Origin: Clostridiales bacterium
Lineage (GTDB): Bacteria; Bacillota; Clostridia; Christensenellales; CAG-138
Direction: 5' to 3'
Assembly (NCBI GenBank): GCA_004556165.1
Contig: SFIR01000006.1
Location: 854 to 64,853 of the forward strand
Length of the DNA: 64,000 nt
This document shows positions 18,364 to 27,624 of the stretch, in pieces. Under the pieces are notes generated by a model. That model was not told where the DNA came from. It worked only from the letters and a program-made list of their open reading frames with translations, and searched no databases. Every line of letters starts with the position of its first letter. The first letter of the stretch is position 1. Both the position numbers and the translations under genes were made by a program.

Positions 18364-18389
18364 GCTTGCAGAAATATTTTGCGATGAAA

Positions 18390-19919
18390 TCAGTTGAGAA
18401 TAGCAATGCCCCAAGGATCAAGCTTCAAGGTGCTGCCGTTGTAGGTAATGCCGCTGCCCTGATTGATGTTTGCATCGAGTATGCCGGCAAGTGAAAGACC
18501 AGTTAAAGATACGGACTTTGCTTCACGGCACAGGTTAAGAACGATGGTTATTGTGCTTCCGTTCCAAGTCCTCTCAATAATGCAGATATCGCTGTCCTCC
18601 TGCTCGATAATGCTTGATGTGCCTCGCGCAATCTCGGGGAAAGCGTTCCTAAGAGCATTGGCATTCCCGATATAGTTAAGGAGCGAGTTATCGTCAGCAA
18701 GAAGCTCTTTTACGCTGCCAAGCGGATACTTTGCTTCAGTAGCGCCGGGAGGAGCGTATGTCACCTTGGTAATATCATCCCAATACATTCCGATTCGTTT
18801 GTTGGGATCATTGCCCGAGCCTACAAGACCGCATTCGTCGCCGTAGTAGAAATACGTACCGCCGCGCATCATGGCAAGCATGCCGTATGCCGCCTTGACG
18901 CGAGGCATATCGTACAGCCCCATAATTCCGTTGAAACGCTCCGTATCGTGGTTGTCAATGAAAGGCGCCATGAGCGCATCGGTTCCAAAGCGTTCTTCCA
19001 GGTGGGTTGTGAGATACGCATAGCTGTCTCCGCGATCGGTCGTGGTTTCATCGAGAATCCCTGCGATGATACCCTTGCCGTTATTGCCTGTGGACATCGG
19101 GAAATAGAAGAAACTGTCTATTCCGCTGCGGTAGTATGAGGCGATTGTGGCTTCGTCCGCCCAGCATTCACCGACGATATAGCAGTCGGGCTTAATAATG
19201 GATTTCGCTTCGGCATTGAGCCAGCTCAGGAATTCGATGTTTCTTTCAGAGCTTCCGGTGTAGTAGCTCGTTACGGCATCAAGGCGGAATCCGTCAACGC
19301 CCATATCCAACCAAAAGCGCATTATATCGGAGATTTCGGCTCTGACATCGGGATTATCGAGATTCAGGTCGGGCATGGTCGAAACAAAGCGGCATTCAAA
19401 ATAGCTTCCGTTAATCTTTTCGTAACCGCTTCCGCCGGTATCGCTCCAATTATAGTAGTCGCGGTACTCGGCATCGGGGCCGGTTTTGCTGTTCCGGAAC
19501 CATGGATGCTCGTTTGATGTGTGGTTGACAACAAGATCGAGAATGACATCAATATTCAGCTCATGCGCCCTATCAAGGAAAACCTTGAAATCATCAAGCG
19601 TACCGTACTGAGGATCAACGTCATAATAATCGGTAATATCGTATTTGTGATACGAGGGCGAGGGCATTATGGGCATGAGCCATATGCCTGTAAATCCAAG
19701 ATCACGGACATATTCGAGCTTATCGGCTGCACCCTTGAAATCACCGATGCGGTCACCGTCCGAATCCGCAAAGGAATAGATGAAAATCTCGTACCAGTTG
19801 CGGACATTATCATCCGGGATGTTTTCCTGTAAGGCTGCCGGTTTGGAGCAGCCGGCAAAGCCGCACGCGCTGATGCATAGAGCAGTAAGCAGTATAAAGG
19901 CAATTATTCTTCTTTTCAT
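18390..19919 (-). CDS. GH13 alpha-amylase family lipoprotein (extracellular alpha-glucan hydrolase)
   Basis: Lipobox LTALCISACG. GH13 regions DLVVNHTS, GVDGFRLDAV, IVGECW, FIDNHDTERF. Confidence 0.9.
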   Translation of the reverse strand: MKRRIIAFILLTALCISACGFAGCSKPAALQENIPDDNVRNWYEIFIYSFADSDGDRIGDFKGAADKLEYVRDLGFTGIWLMPIMPSPSYHKYDITDYYDVDPQYGTLDDFKVFLDRAHELNIDVILDLVVNHTSNEHPWFRNSKTGPDAEYRDYYNWSDTGGSGYEKINGSYFECRFVSTMPDLNLDNPDVRAEISDIMRFWLDMGVDGFRLDAVTSYYTGSSERNIEFLSWLNAEAKSIIKPDCYIVGECWADEATIASYYRSGIDSFFYFPMSTGNNGKGIIAGILDETTTDRGDSYAYLTTHLEERFGTDALMAPFIDNHDTERFNGIMGLYDMPRVKAAYGMLAMMRGGTYFYYGDECGLVGSGNDPNKRIGMYWDDITKVTYAPPGATEAKYPLGSVKELLADDNSLLNYIGNANALRNAFPEIARGTSSIIEQEDSDICIIERTWNGSTITIVLNLCREAKSVSLTGLSLAGILDANINQGSGITYNGSTLKLDPWGIAILN

Positions 19920-19923
19920 TACA

Positions 19924-20781
19924 TTATCCTTTCACGGAACCGGCGGTAAGACCGTTCACGAGGTATTTTACGAGGCAGAAATAGAGAATAACGATGGGAA
20001 CCGCGATGAATACGGAGCCTGCCGCAAAGCGCGCGAAATGCGTTTCAGGCAGACTGAAAAGACCCACTGCGACAGTCCAGAGGTTTCTGTCCTTGAGAAG
20101 GAGCTTGGGAAGAAGCACATCGCTCCACGGCCATGCAAACTGGGTGAGCACGGTATAGACTATCATGGGTTTGCTTAGCGGCAGCGTTATTCTCGTAAAC
20201 ACCTGAAGCTGAGTACAGCCGTCAAGCCTTGCAGCCTCATAGATATTGTTGGGGATGGAATCGAAGTACCCCTTCTGCACCATGTACGCAGCAGGAGCAG
20301 TCGAAGCGTAGAAAAAGATAAGCGCAGTGAGCTTGTTCACAAGGTTTAGCTGCGTCATTATGATATAAACGGCGGTGAGCCCCATGAACCCGGGGAACAT
20401 GCCGAGAACGAGCGTGGTCTTTTTGAGAGCATCCCTGCCCTTGAAACGGAAACGGGACATGACATACCCCGTCAGGATAACGAGTATGGTGCCGAGTATG
20501 CAGCTTCCGCTCGCGACATAGAGGGTATTGAAAAACCACTTCTTATACGGATAAAGCCCGTTTACATCATCGGTAAAGAGACTGATGAAGGTGTCAAGGC
20601 TGAAAGCCTTGGGGAAGAACCCCTTGAAGTCATATAGGCTTCCGGATTTTGACAGTGAGGCGAGTATCAGCCAAAGACAGGGGAAAAGGAATACCACGCT
20701 CATGAATATGAGCAGAAAATATGTAAAGAAATTATCTGCGAGCTTGCGTGGCACAAGCTTTTTTCTTTTTTTAGTACTCAT
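19924..20781 (-). CDS. carbohydrate ABC transporter permease (MalG-like)
   Basis: 285 aa, 6 TMs, EAA loop (YEAARLDGCTQLQVFTRITLPLSKP). Confidence 0.9.
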   Translation of the reverse strand: MSTKKRKKLVPRKLADNFFTYFLLIFMSVVFLFPCLWLILASLSKSGSLYDFKGFFPKAFSLDTFISLFTDDVNGLYPYKKWFFNTLYVASGSCILGTILVILTGYVMSRFRFKGRDALKKTTLVLGMFPGFMGLTAVYIIMTQLNLVNKLTALIFFYASTAPAAYMVQKGYFDSIPNNIYEAARLDGCTQLQVFTRITLPLSKPMIVYTVLTQFAWPWSDVLLPKLLLKDRNLWTVAVGLFSLPETHFARFAAGSVFIAVPIVILYFCLVKYLVNGLTAGSVKG

Positions 20782-22106
20782 TGATAGGTGTCCTCCTGCT
20801 TATAGGCTGCCGAGCGCACATATACCGAAAGCGATGCTATCGCGGTGACAATGAAGATAACAAGACTGATCGCTGCGCCGATGGAGTAATAATTGTTATC
20901 GACCGACAGCTTATACAGCCAGTTTATCAAAAGATCGGTATCGCTTGCAAGGAAGTAATCAGCGTAATTGGAAATCACTCCGCTTCTCAGGAAGAAGAAA
21001 ATACCGAAATTATTGAAATTACCGACAAACTGGCCGATCAGAACCGGAGTTGTGGAGAAAACAACGAACGGAAGCGTTATCTTTCTGAACTGCTGGAAGG
21101 GAGAAGCTCCGTCGAGAGAAGCAGCTTCGTACAGATCGGTATTGATGTTTGAGAGAATTCCGGTGGTCATAAGCATGATGGAGGGGGTGCTTATCCACGC
21201 ATTGACAAACAGACCGATGCAGCGCGCCCACCATTTTGCCGAAGCATCGTTAGTGAGGAAAAATATCTTCTGGAAACCGGCTTCGGCAATGTAATAGTTG
21301 ATGGGGCCGGACTGCGAGAACATGAATTTGAAGCCGAGCATTGAAATAAAGCCCGGTATCGCATATGCAAGGATCGGGAATGCGCGCCAGAATTTAGAAC
21401 CGCGCACATTGCGCTTGTTGAGCAGCAATGCCATTCCGAGACCGAGCACGAAGTTTAGTGCGGTCGAGGCAACGGCCCAAAGCACATTCCATACGAATAT
21501 GCGCCCGAAGGTCGACCCGATTTTGCCGAGGCTGAATATCTTCTTCCATGCCGAGAGCGACCAATCCGCAAGCACGGGGTGTACGACATCGCCGCCGAGG
21601 TTAGTAAACGCCATGCATATCATGAAGACGATGGGCAGTACGGTGAAGATGCATACGCCTATGATGGGAAATATGAGCGCAGTGGTGTGAAATTTATCAT
21701 CCGCGATAGTCAGGAGCGTACGCTTGAATTTGCGCGGACTGCGGCCGCTTTCGACCTCATGCGCGGTGAAAATCACATCCTTGATATTCGAAATATGGAC
21801 GACAACAGCGAATATCAGGACGAATATGGACATGAGTCCGAGTATCAGCATGGTGAGCGAATTATCGCCCGCGCGTCCGAGCCACAGATCCTCTTCAACG
21901 GTACCGAGGGTAAAGAACCCGATAATGTTTTTGATTCCGCTCGTTGCAAAATAGTAGACGAAAAAAGCAAAGGCGGATAGGTATACCAAACCCTTGACTA
22001 TCTGGCCGTAGCAGAGCTGCCCGGCTCCCATGATCAGCGCGGAAAGCTTTACCTGAAACGGAGACCTCAGATAGCTTTTCCACGCTGAACGTACTTTTGC
22101 TCCCAT
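20778..22106 (-). CDS. carbohydrate ABC transporter permease (MalF-like)
   Basis: 442 aa, 8 TMs, EAA loop (YEAASLDGASPFQQFRKITLPF). Overlaps the MalG-like start. Confidence 0.9.
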   Translation of the reverse strand: MGAKVRSAWKSYLRSPFQVKLSALIMGAGQLCYGQIVKGLVYLSAFAFFVYYFATSGIKNIIGFFTLGTVEEDLWLGRAGDNSLTMLILGLMSIFVLIFAVVVHISNIKDVIFTAHEVESGRSPRKFKRTLLTIADDKFHTTALIFPIIGVCIFTVLPIVFMICMAFTNLGGDVVHPVLADWSLSAWKKIFSLGKIGSTFGRIFVWNVLWAVASTALNFVLGLGMALLLNKRNVRGSKFWRAFPILAYAIPGFISMLGFKFMFSQSGPINYYIAEAGFQKIFFLTNDASAKWWARCIGLFVNAWISTPSIMLMTTGILSNINTDLYEAASLDGASPFQQFRKITLPFVVFSTTPVLIGQFVGNFNNFGIFFFLRSGVISNYADYFLASDTDLLINWLYKLSVDNNYYSIGAAISLVIFIVTAIASLSVYVRSAAYKQEDTYQ

Positions 22107-22120
22107 ATGAGACCTCCTTC

Positions 22121-23620
22121 TTATGCGAGGGTATCTATTGCGTCTCTGATTTGCTGAACAAGCCTGTCAAGACCTGCCTTGATGAGCTCGGGAGTATCAT
22201 AAAGCCTGTCCTCGCCGCGCCCTTCGCGGTACGGATCCGTGGAAAGATCGATTAAGAAGGATTCGGCGGGAGTCCAGATCTGGCCGACCTCCGTGATTGC
22301 CGGCATTATGCTGATAAGACCGCGGTCAAGCTTGTCAAAGAGAATACCGACGGTGGGATCGCTCTTTGCAACCTCAGCGGCTGCGTCGTCACGGGCAGGA
22401 GTAATGCCGAGGTCGGCATTGCGCTGCATGACCTGCTCGTAGCTTGCCGCAAATTCGATGAATGCGAGGGAAGCATTGGGACATTTGGTATATGAGGAAA
22501 TGCCGTAGCCGTTGATGCCGCCCATCATCATGGTTTCGGTCGTGAGGGAATCCATATCGGTGATGGTATCCTGCCAATTATCGGCTGTGAGGTCGCCGCT
22601 CTTGGGAAGACGGGGAACATTGACCATCTTTAGGTCGGCATATGCGCTTTCCTCGGTCCAATTACCTGTATTGACCATGGAACGAATGAACATCGTGTAA
22701 ACATCGGGGGTGGTGACGGTGCAGAGCATCACCTTGTCGGCAAGGTACTGATACGCAGCGGATGCGAAGGTCTTATCGAGAACCTCGGTATTATCCATTT
22801 CGCCCGCCCACTGCTGGATCATGTAGGCTCCCTTATCGGCGTCGCCTGCGTTAAGACCTATATCCTTAGCATCCGTACCGTTGCTGCCGAATACATAAGC
22901 GCCGAAGGTCATGAGGTAACCGCTCATAAAATAGGTATCGACGGTCTCATCGAGATAACCGTACTGAGTGGGCATATTGCCCTCCTTGCAGACCTCGGAA
23001 TAGGCATAGAGAGCGGTATAGGTCTCAAAAAAGTCGGGAATATCGTTATTGTTGATATCCCAATCGGTCTTCCAGTTCTCGGGGAGGCTGGATTCAATGT
23101 AGTAAAGCATACCGGACTGTACGTTTACGGGTATACCGCAATAGAAGTTTTCGCCGTCGATATTTATGGTATATGCATTCCATGCGCTCTCGGGGATATG
23201 GGAATAGCTTTCCATACTCTTTACGGGAAGCGGCAGGATATGCTTGTTATTTGCATATTTCATAATGATGTCGTTTGCCTGATACCATACATCGGGACCG
23301 TAGCCGTAAGGGCCGTCGGTTGCGAGGTCGGAATACTGGTCGATATTCATGCGCTCTGCGGAAATGCCCTTATCCTTATAGGCTTCATTGAAAGCCTCGA
23401 TGAGCTTGTCAACATATCCGATCTCAATAGCGGTATCGTTTTCAAGAACCTTGACGACTGCACCCTTTTCAAGCTCACCGGTGAAACGGGACATTACCTG
23501 CTCGTAAAGCTCGGAGACCTCTCCATCGGGCGTGGGGTTGCTGACGCCGGTTTCACCGCATCCGACGATTACGGCTGCAGCAAGGATGAGTGCAAGAAAG
23601 ATAGCAAAAAACTTTTTCAT
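22121..23620 (-). CDS. carbohydrate (maltodextrin-type) ABC substrate-binding lipoprotein
   Basis: SD GGAGGAAAA then MKKFFAIFLALILAAAVIVGCGE lipobox. Family-1 SBP-like body. The ORF-track start 23731 lies inside the upstream GH13 gene. Confidence 0.85.
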   Translation of the reverse strand: MKKFFAIFLALILAAAVIVGCGETGVSNPTPDGEVSELYEQVMSRFTGELEKGAVVKVLENDTAIEIGYVDKLIEAFNEAYKDKGISAERMNIDQYSDLATDGPYGYGPDVWYQANDIIMKYANNKHILPLPVKSMESYSHIPESAWNAYTINIDGENFYCGIPVNVQSGMLYYIESSLPENWKTDWDINNNDIPDFFETYTALYAYSEVCKEGNMPTQYGYLDETVDTYFMSGYLMTFGAYVFGSNGTDAKDIGLNAGDADKGAYMIQQWAGEMDNTEVLDKTFASAAYQYLADKVMLCTVTTPDVYTMFIRSMVNTGNWTEESAYADLKMVNVPRLPKSGDLTADNWQDTITDMDSLTTETMMMGGINGYGISSYTKCPNASLAFIEFAASYEQVMQRNADLGITPARDDAAAEVAKSDPTVGILFDKLDRGLISIMPAITEVGQIWTPAESFLIDLSTDPYREGRGEDRLYDTPELIKAGLDRLVQQIRDAIDTLA

Positions 23621-23633
23621 GGTATTTTCCTCC

Positions 23634-25265
23634 TTAAATCTCCATGATCTTGTATTCATAAGGCGGAATCCCCGCCCTTGTTTCGTTGTTGGGGTTGACC
23701 TTGAGGACGAGCTTCTGGCTTTCGGCTGCACGAATGATGGTGATTACGCCATCCGATTCGTTTATTGAAAAGCTTCCGACGGAAAGAGCAGGCTGCTTTT
23801 TGAACTCAATCAACTCCTTAATCGCCTTCCACAGCGGAGTGGCGGTATAGTCATGCTCCCAGTCGAAGCAGCGGCGGCAGTCGGGATCATAACCGCCCGA
23901 AAGCCCTATCTCGTCACCGTAATAAACGGAGGGTATGCCCGGATAGAAGAACATAATCGCCATTGCCGAGCGCAGCTTCCGTTCATCCCCCTTGACTCGT
24001 GAAAGAAAACGGTCGGTATCGTGGCTGTCCAAAAGATTCAGCATTTTTTCACTTGCCGGCATGCTGAAGGCATGATACAGCCTGACAAGCCTGTCGCGGA
24101 AGGCTGAGGCATCAATGGTATTGAATGCGAAAAGATCAAGACATGCTTTGGTGAAGCCGTAGTTCATAACTCCGTCGTATTCGTCACCGTTCAGATACCA
24201 GTTCTGCCTATGCCAGTCTTCACCTATGATAATAACATCGGGCTTCTCGCGCACGAGCGACTCACGGTACGCACGCAGGAAACGGTGGCTGATCTCGTCG
24301 GAGACATCCAGCCTCCATGCATCAACGCCGTAATCACGCATCCAATCGATGCAAAGATCGGTGAAGTATTCTATAACCTCGGGGTTTGCGGTATTGAGCT
24401 TCGGCATCGCTTTGACGCTGGAGAAGGTGCGGTAGCTGCCATCGGGATTCCACACGAACCAGTCGTAATACTTCGATGCTTTGCCGAGCTTTTGCGCATC
24501 TAAGAAGAATGGGTGCTTCCAGGAAAGATGATTGAATACTCCGTCAAGCATGATGCGGATACCGTTTTTATGCGCTTCATTTATTAAATCGCGCAGCGCT
24601 TCGTTGCCGCCGAATTCAGGATCGACATTCTCATAATCAACGGTTTCGTACTTATGATTGGTCGGTGAACAGAAGATGGGGTTAAGATAGATAAAATTCA
24701 CGCCCAGCTCGACGAGATAGGGGAGATGCTCGGTAATGCCGACAAGGTCACCGCCGTAAAAGCTCTTGGGCGTGGGGATCTCGCCCCATTCGGCATTGAC
24801 ATAGCTCATATCCTTGTCATGAGAACCGATGGCAAAGCGTTCGGGGAAGATCTGGTACCCGACAGCGGTTCTGACCCAATCGGGCACCGTCATCATGTCG
24901 CAGGGGAACTGCGCGCAGCACTCAAAATAGTTGAAATACGCAAGGCTGTGGTCAAAGGTATCGGTGAGCCCTTCCTCGGAGAGATAGCGCACACAGCCAT
25001 CCGCACAGCTCAGCTCAAAGATATAGGCAAAGCGTATATCGGTGCGCGGCACGGATGCGTAGAAATATTCAAATTCGGAATCGCTGAAGCGAATTTCCAT
25101 CTCCGCTTCATCACGGCGGAGATACCATTCATCCTTATTGCAGAGGTAAAGAAGCTTTGCACGGAGTACTGTAAAGCGCTCCGCACGGAAACGGACATGC
25201 ATTTGCCCGTTCAGGGCGCAAACATCGAGCGGACCCGGGGTGTGTAAAACGGAAGACGAATTCAA
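23634..25265 (-). CDS. intracellular GH13 alpha-glycosidase (neopullulanase / cyclomaltodextrinase / maltogenic amylase type)
   Basis: No signal peptide. N-terminal Ig-like amylase domain. GH13 regions DGVFNH, GVDAWRLDVSDE, IIGEDWH, LLDSHDTDR. Confidence 0.9.
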   Translation of the reverse strand: MNSSSVLHTPGPLDVCALNGQMHVRFRAERFTVLRAKLLYLCNKDEWYLRRDEAEMEIRFSDSEFEYFYASVPRTDIRFAYIFELSCADGCVRYLSEEGLTDTFDHSLAYFNYFECCAQFPCDMMTVPDWVRTAVGYQIFPERFAIGSHDKDMSYVNAEWGEIPTPKSFYGGDLVGITEHLPYLVELGVNFIYLNPIFCSPTNHKYETVDYENVDPEFGGNEALRDLINEAHKNGIRIMLDGVFNHLSWKHPFFLDAQKLGKASKYYDWFVWNPDGSYRTFSSVKAMPKLNTANPEVIEYFTDLCIDWMRDYGVDAWRLDVSDEISHRFLRAYRESLVREKPDVIIIGEDWHRQNWYLNGDEYDGVMNYGFTKACLDLFAFNTIDASAFRDRLVRLYHAFSMPASEKMLNLLDSHDTDRFLSRVKGDERKLRSAMAIMFFYPGIPSVYYGDEIGLSGGYDPDCRRCFDWEHDYTATPLWKAIKELIEFKKQPALSVGSFSINESDGVITIIRAAESQKLVLKVNPNNETRAGIPPYEYKIMEI

Positions 25266-25275
25266 GGCGGTTTCC

Positions 25276-26028
25276 TCACTTAATCAGAATATGGTGGGAT
25301 TCGAAGGGGATGGATTTGCGCTCAAGCGCGAGGTAGAATACCTCTATGGCGCTGCGCGCGTAGGCTTCATAATCGAACCCTTCGCCCAGTTTTATCAAAA
25401 CGGTGTCCGGTTCATCGAAGGAAGCAGCTTCCTTCGGCGTAAGGACAACGTCAAATATGCTTGCTGTTTTATCCGCTTGCTTGCCGCAATGGAATCTTTC
25501 GGCAATGAGCCCGGCTTTTTTCTTAGCTGAGGCTGCAAGGAATTTGGCTTTGATATGCTCCATATCGAAGGCAATGCTGAAAAAAAGATAGTCGGTAATA
25601 TCACCTTCGAGATATATCAGGGGAACAAAGGTATTGTCGCCGACGCATGAAAATTCATCGGCTGAAATGTCGAGCGCAAAGATAGCATCAACATTCGGAT
25701 CGTTTCTATATGTGCAGCTTTCGGTGAGAATTGTGAGCCTGCGCCCGTACTTTTCCGCCTCCGCTGCCAATGCGCGGATAATCGCGAGCTTATGCTCGCT
25801 GTTTTCGGGATGAGGGCAATAGACCCCGAGATTTCCCGTATTGCCGAGGGCGAGAGCCTTCGCAACGGAATGGGGGGCATAACCGACCATGTTCGCATAG
25901 TGAAGCACTTTTTTCCGCGTTGCTTCACTGATGGACTGCTTGGTGGAATTATTCAGAACATAGGATACCGTTGCGGTGGATACTCCGCATGCAGCAGCGA
26001 TATCTTTTATCGTGACCTTAGTATTCAT
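25276..26028 (-). CDS. LacI-family transcriptional regulator, short form (~250 aa)
   Basis: MNTKVTIKDIAAACGVSTATVSYVLNN...VLHYANMVGYAPHSVAKAL is a canonical LacI HTH plus hinge. The effector domain is shorter than the usual ~330-aa proteins. The ATG sits 2 nt after a terminator T-tract, with no SD. Confidence 0.75.
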   Translation of the reverse strand: MNTKVTIKDIAAACGVSTATVSYVLNNSTKQSISEATRKKVLHYANMVGYAPHSVAKALALGNTGNLGVYCPHPENSEHKLAIIRALAAEAEKYGRRLTILTESCTYRNDPNVDAIFALDISADEFSCVGDNTFVPLIYLEGDITDYLFFSIAFDMEHIKAKFLAASAKKKAGLIAERFHCGKQADKTASIFDVVLTPKEAASFDEPDTVLIKLGEGFDYEAYARSAIEVFYLALERKSIPFESHHILIK

Positions 26029-26030
26029 AA

Positions 26031-26072
26031 GAAAAAAGGGACGCTCCGGGAAAAATCCCGGCAATGCGTCCC
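26031..26072 (-). terminator. terminator after the surface lipoprotein gene, abutting the LacI start
   Basis: Minus strand reads GGGACGC..CCGGG-ATTTTT-CCCGG..GCGTCCC followed by TTTTTTC, then TT and the ATG of the LacI gene. Confidence 0.6.
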
Positions 26073-26082
26073 AATGGTTTTG

Positions 26083-27366
26083 TTACTCAGCTTCGTTAAC
26101 GGTTACGACACCGGTTGCAGGATCAAGGACGATGGTATAGGTACCGACATCGACCATGATGTTGTTGCCATCCTCAGCACCGAACCAGAATTCGTTTGCA
26201 ACGCGGCCTGCACAGCCGTATACGCACTTGAATGCGACCTGACCGTTGGTCCAGTCAGCGGTGTCGGCTTCGGTGAAGGTAACGGTAAGAGCATAGGTGC
26301 CGTCATCCTGAGCGACCATCATGTAGTTGGTGTTCTCGGCATTGGCATCGCCTGCCCATGCGCCGTTGCCGCAGGTGCCGACAACATAGTAGTTGGGAGC
26401 AGCCGCAACGATCTCGCCCTTGAGGGTGGGTACACCGTCAACGAGCTCGAGCTCGATGAAGAACATATAGTGCCCTTCTTCAGCAATAACGATGTTGCCG
26501 TCGGGGCTGGAGTACCAAGCATCGGTAGCGCAGTTCTTAACGCCGAATTCTCCGCCGGCGGGAACGTCGGCTTCGCAGTACCAGATAAGATCATCGCCGT
26601 TGCGGGTCATGTCCTGGCCTGCCCAGTCATTGAAGGAAGCCCAAAGCTTCATATCGTACTGGATCTCCTGGGGAGCATCCGCCTCATGGAGATACTCATA
26701 GGAGAGGGAGCAGAGAGCAAGCTCTTCGGCATCGGTGACGAGGGTCAGACGATAGAAACCATCCTGAGTGACCTTGATGTTTGCGCCGGTATCGAATACA
26801 TTGCCGCCGCCTACGAGAACAGCGTTCTCGGACTTGTCCGCAAGATGGGAAGCATCAATGCTTGCGGTGTTGTCCCATGCATAGCCTTCGCCGATGACTG
26901 CGATTTTGAATTCATCGCCGTTGTAGAGGTTGACCTCGATGGTGAAGGTGTTGAATGCATCTGCGGACTTGGTGAGGAGAAAGTCATCCTGCGGCCAGAT
27001 CCTGCCCCAGGAGTTCTCGGGATAGCCGCGCAGAGAGCCTGCGAGCATCCAGGGACGTTCATCAACCTTGTTGGACTTCCATGCTACGAATACGGAAGTA
27101 TCCTCGGTGATGGCCTGAGTGAAATCAAAGGGAACGAGTAGAGCAGGGGTTGCATAGAAGCCCTGTATGTCATAGCCTTCCTTTGTCAGCTCGGGCTGCT
27201 CAATGGTCTCGCCGCTCTTGACTTCGACCTGCTTAATAGCGGTAACTCCGTCGCTCTCATAGAAGGTAACGGTTACCTTGGGCGTACCTGATTCGCATGC
27301 GCAGAACGCAGCGGCAAGCACTACTGCCATAACGAGACAGAAAATGTTCAGAAGCTTTTTGGTCAT
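26083..27366 (-). CDS. surface lipoprotein with one Listeria-Bacteroides (Flg_new) repeat and three aromatic-rich CBM-like modules (putative alpha-glucan binding)
   Basis: Lipobox AAFCACESG. KVTVTFYESDG...KEGYDIQGFYATP...FDFTQAITEDTSVFVAW fits the Flg_new consensus. Three W/Y-rich ~90-aa modules follow. Own promoter, terminator and SD GGAGGAACA. Confidence 0.7.
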   Translation of the reverse strand: MTKKLLNIFCLVMAVVLAAAFCACESGTPKVTVTFYESDGVTAIKQVEVKSGETIEQPELTKEGYDIQGFYATPALLVPFDFTQAITEDTSVFVAWKSNKVDERPWMLAGSLRGYPENSWGRIWPQDDFLLTKSADAFNTFTIEVNLYNGDEFKIAVIGEGYAWDNTASIDASHLADKSENAVLVGGGNVFDTGANIKVTQDGFYRLTLVTDAEELALCSLSYEYLHEADAPQEIQYDMKLWASFNDWAGQDMTRNGDDLIWYCEADVPAGGEFGVKNCATDAWYSSPDGNIVIAEEGHYMFFIELELVDGVPTLKGEIVAAAPNYYVVGTCGNGAWAGDANAENTNYMMVAQDDGTYALTVTFTEADTADWTNGQVAFKCVYGCAGRVANEFWFGAEDGNNIMVDVGTYTIVLDPATGVVTVNEAE

Positions 27367-27434
27367 TTTGTGTTCCTCCGAAAATGATTTGCTTTTTGGG
27401 GCAATTTGCAGCGGTCAGGCTGCCCCATATCCAC

Positions 27435-27446
27435 TTAACCGCTTAA
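27435..27446. promoter_or_regulatory. candidate LacI-family operator
   Basis: Imperfect palindrome TTAACCGCTTAA (10 of 12 positions symmetric, CG centre) located 9-20 nt downstream of the -10 box, over the predicted TSS. Confidence 0.35.
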
Positions 27447-27454
27447 GCAGTTTT

Positions 27455-27483
27455 ATTATAATGTCACCTAAAAGTATTGTCAA
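27455..27483 (-). promoter_or_regulatory. promoter of the surface lipoprotein / starch locus
   Basis: Minus strand reads TTGACA-17 nt-TATAAT. Confidence 0.6.
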
Positions 27484-27563
27484 GCATAAAATAGCAAAAA
27501 TTGCCGTAATTTTTCCAATAAAATATCAAAATCAGGCATTATCCCGCAGGGCCGAGACGGCGC

Positions 27564-27592
27564 TTGACTGCACGGCTCGTCCGTGCTATTAT
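27564..27592 (+). promoter_or_regulatory. promoter of the CARF-nuclease gene with an inverted repeat in the spacer
   Basis: TTGACT-17 nt-TATTAT. The spacer contains the perfect inverted repeat GCACGG-N5-CCGTGC (27570-27586). Confidence 0.55.
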
Positions 27593-27624
27593 TATATATA
27601 AACAGGCATGTTTGAGGTGGGAAA

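Noticed and set aside
25792-27141. 449-aa plus-strand ORF. Similar long antisense ORFs occur at 35677-36933, 48449-49894, 61340-62584, 42921-43700, 40941-41591, 59735-60388, 16059-17329 and 6386-6973.
   Set aside because: Each lies entirely antisense to a gene with strong family motifs (GH13/LacI/lipoprotein, ABC SBP, FtsH, ProRS, etc.). Their compositions are Gly/Ala/Val/Asp-biased or Arg/Ser-biased, as is typical of shadow frames, and they have no SD or promoter. They are treated as non-coding.
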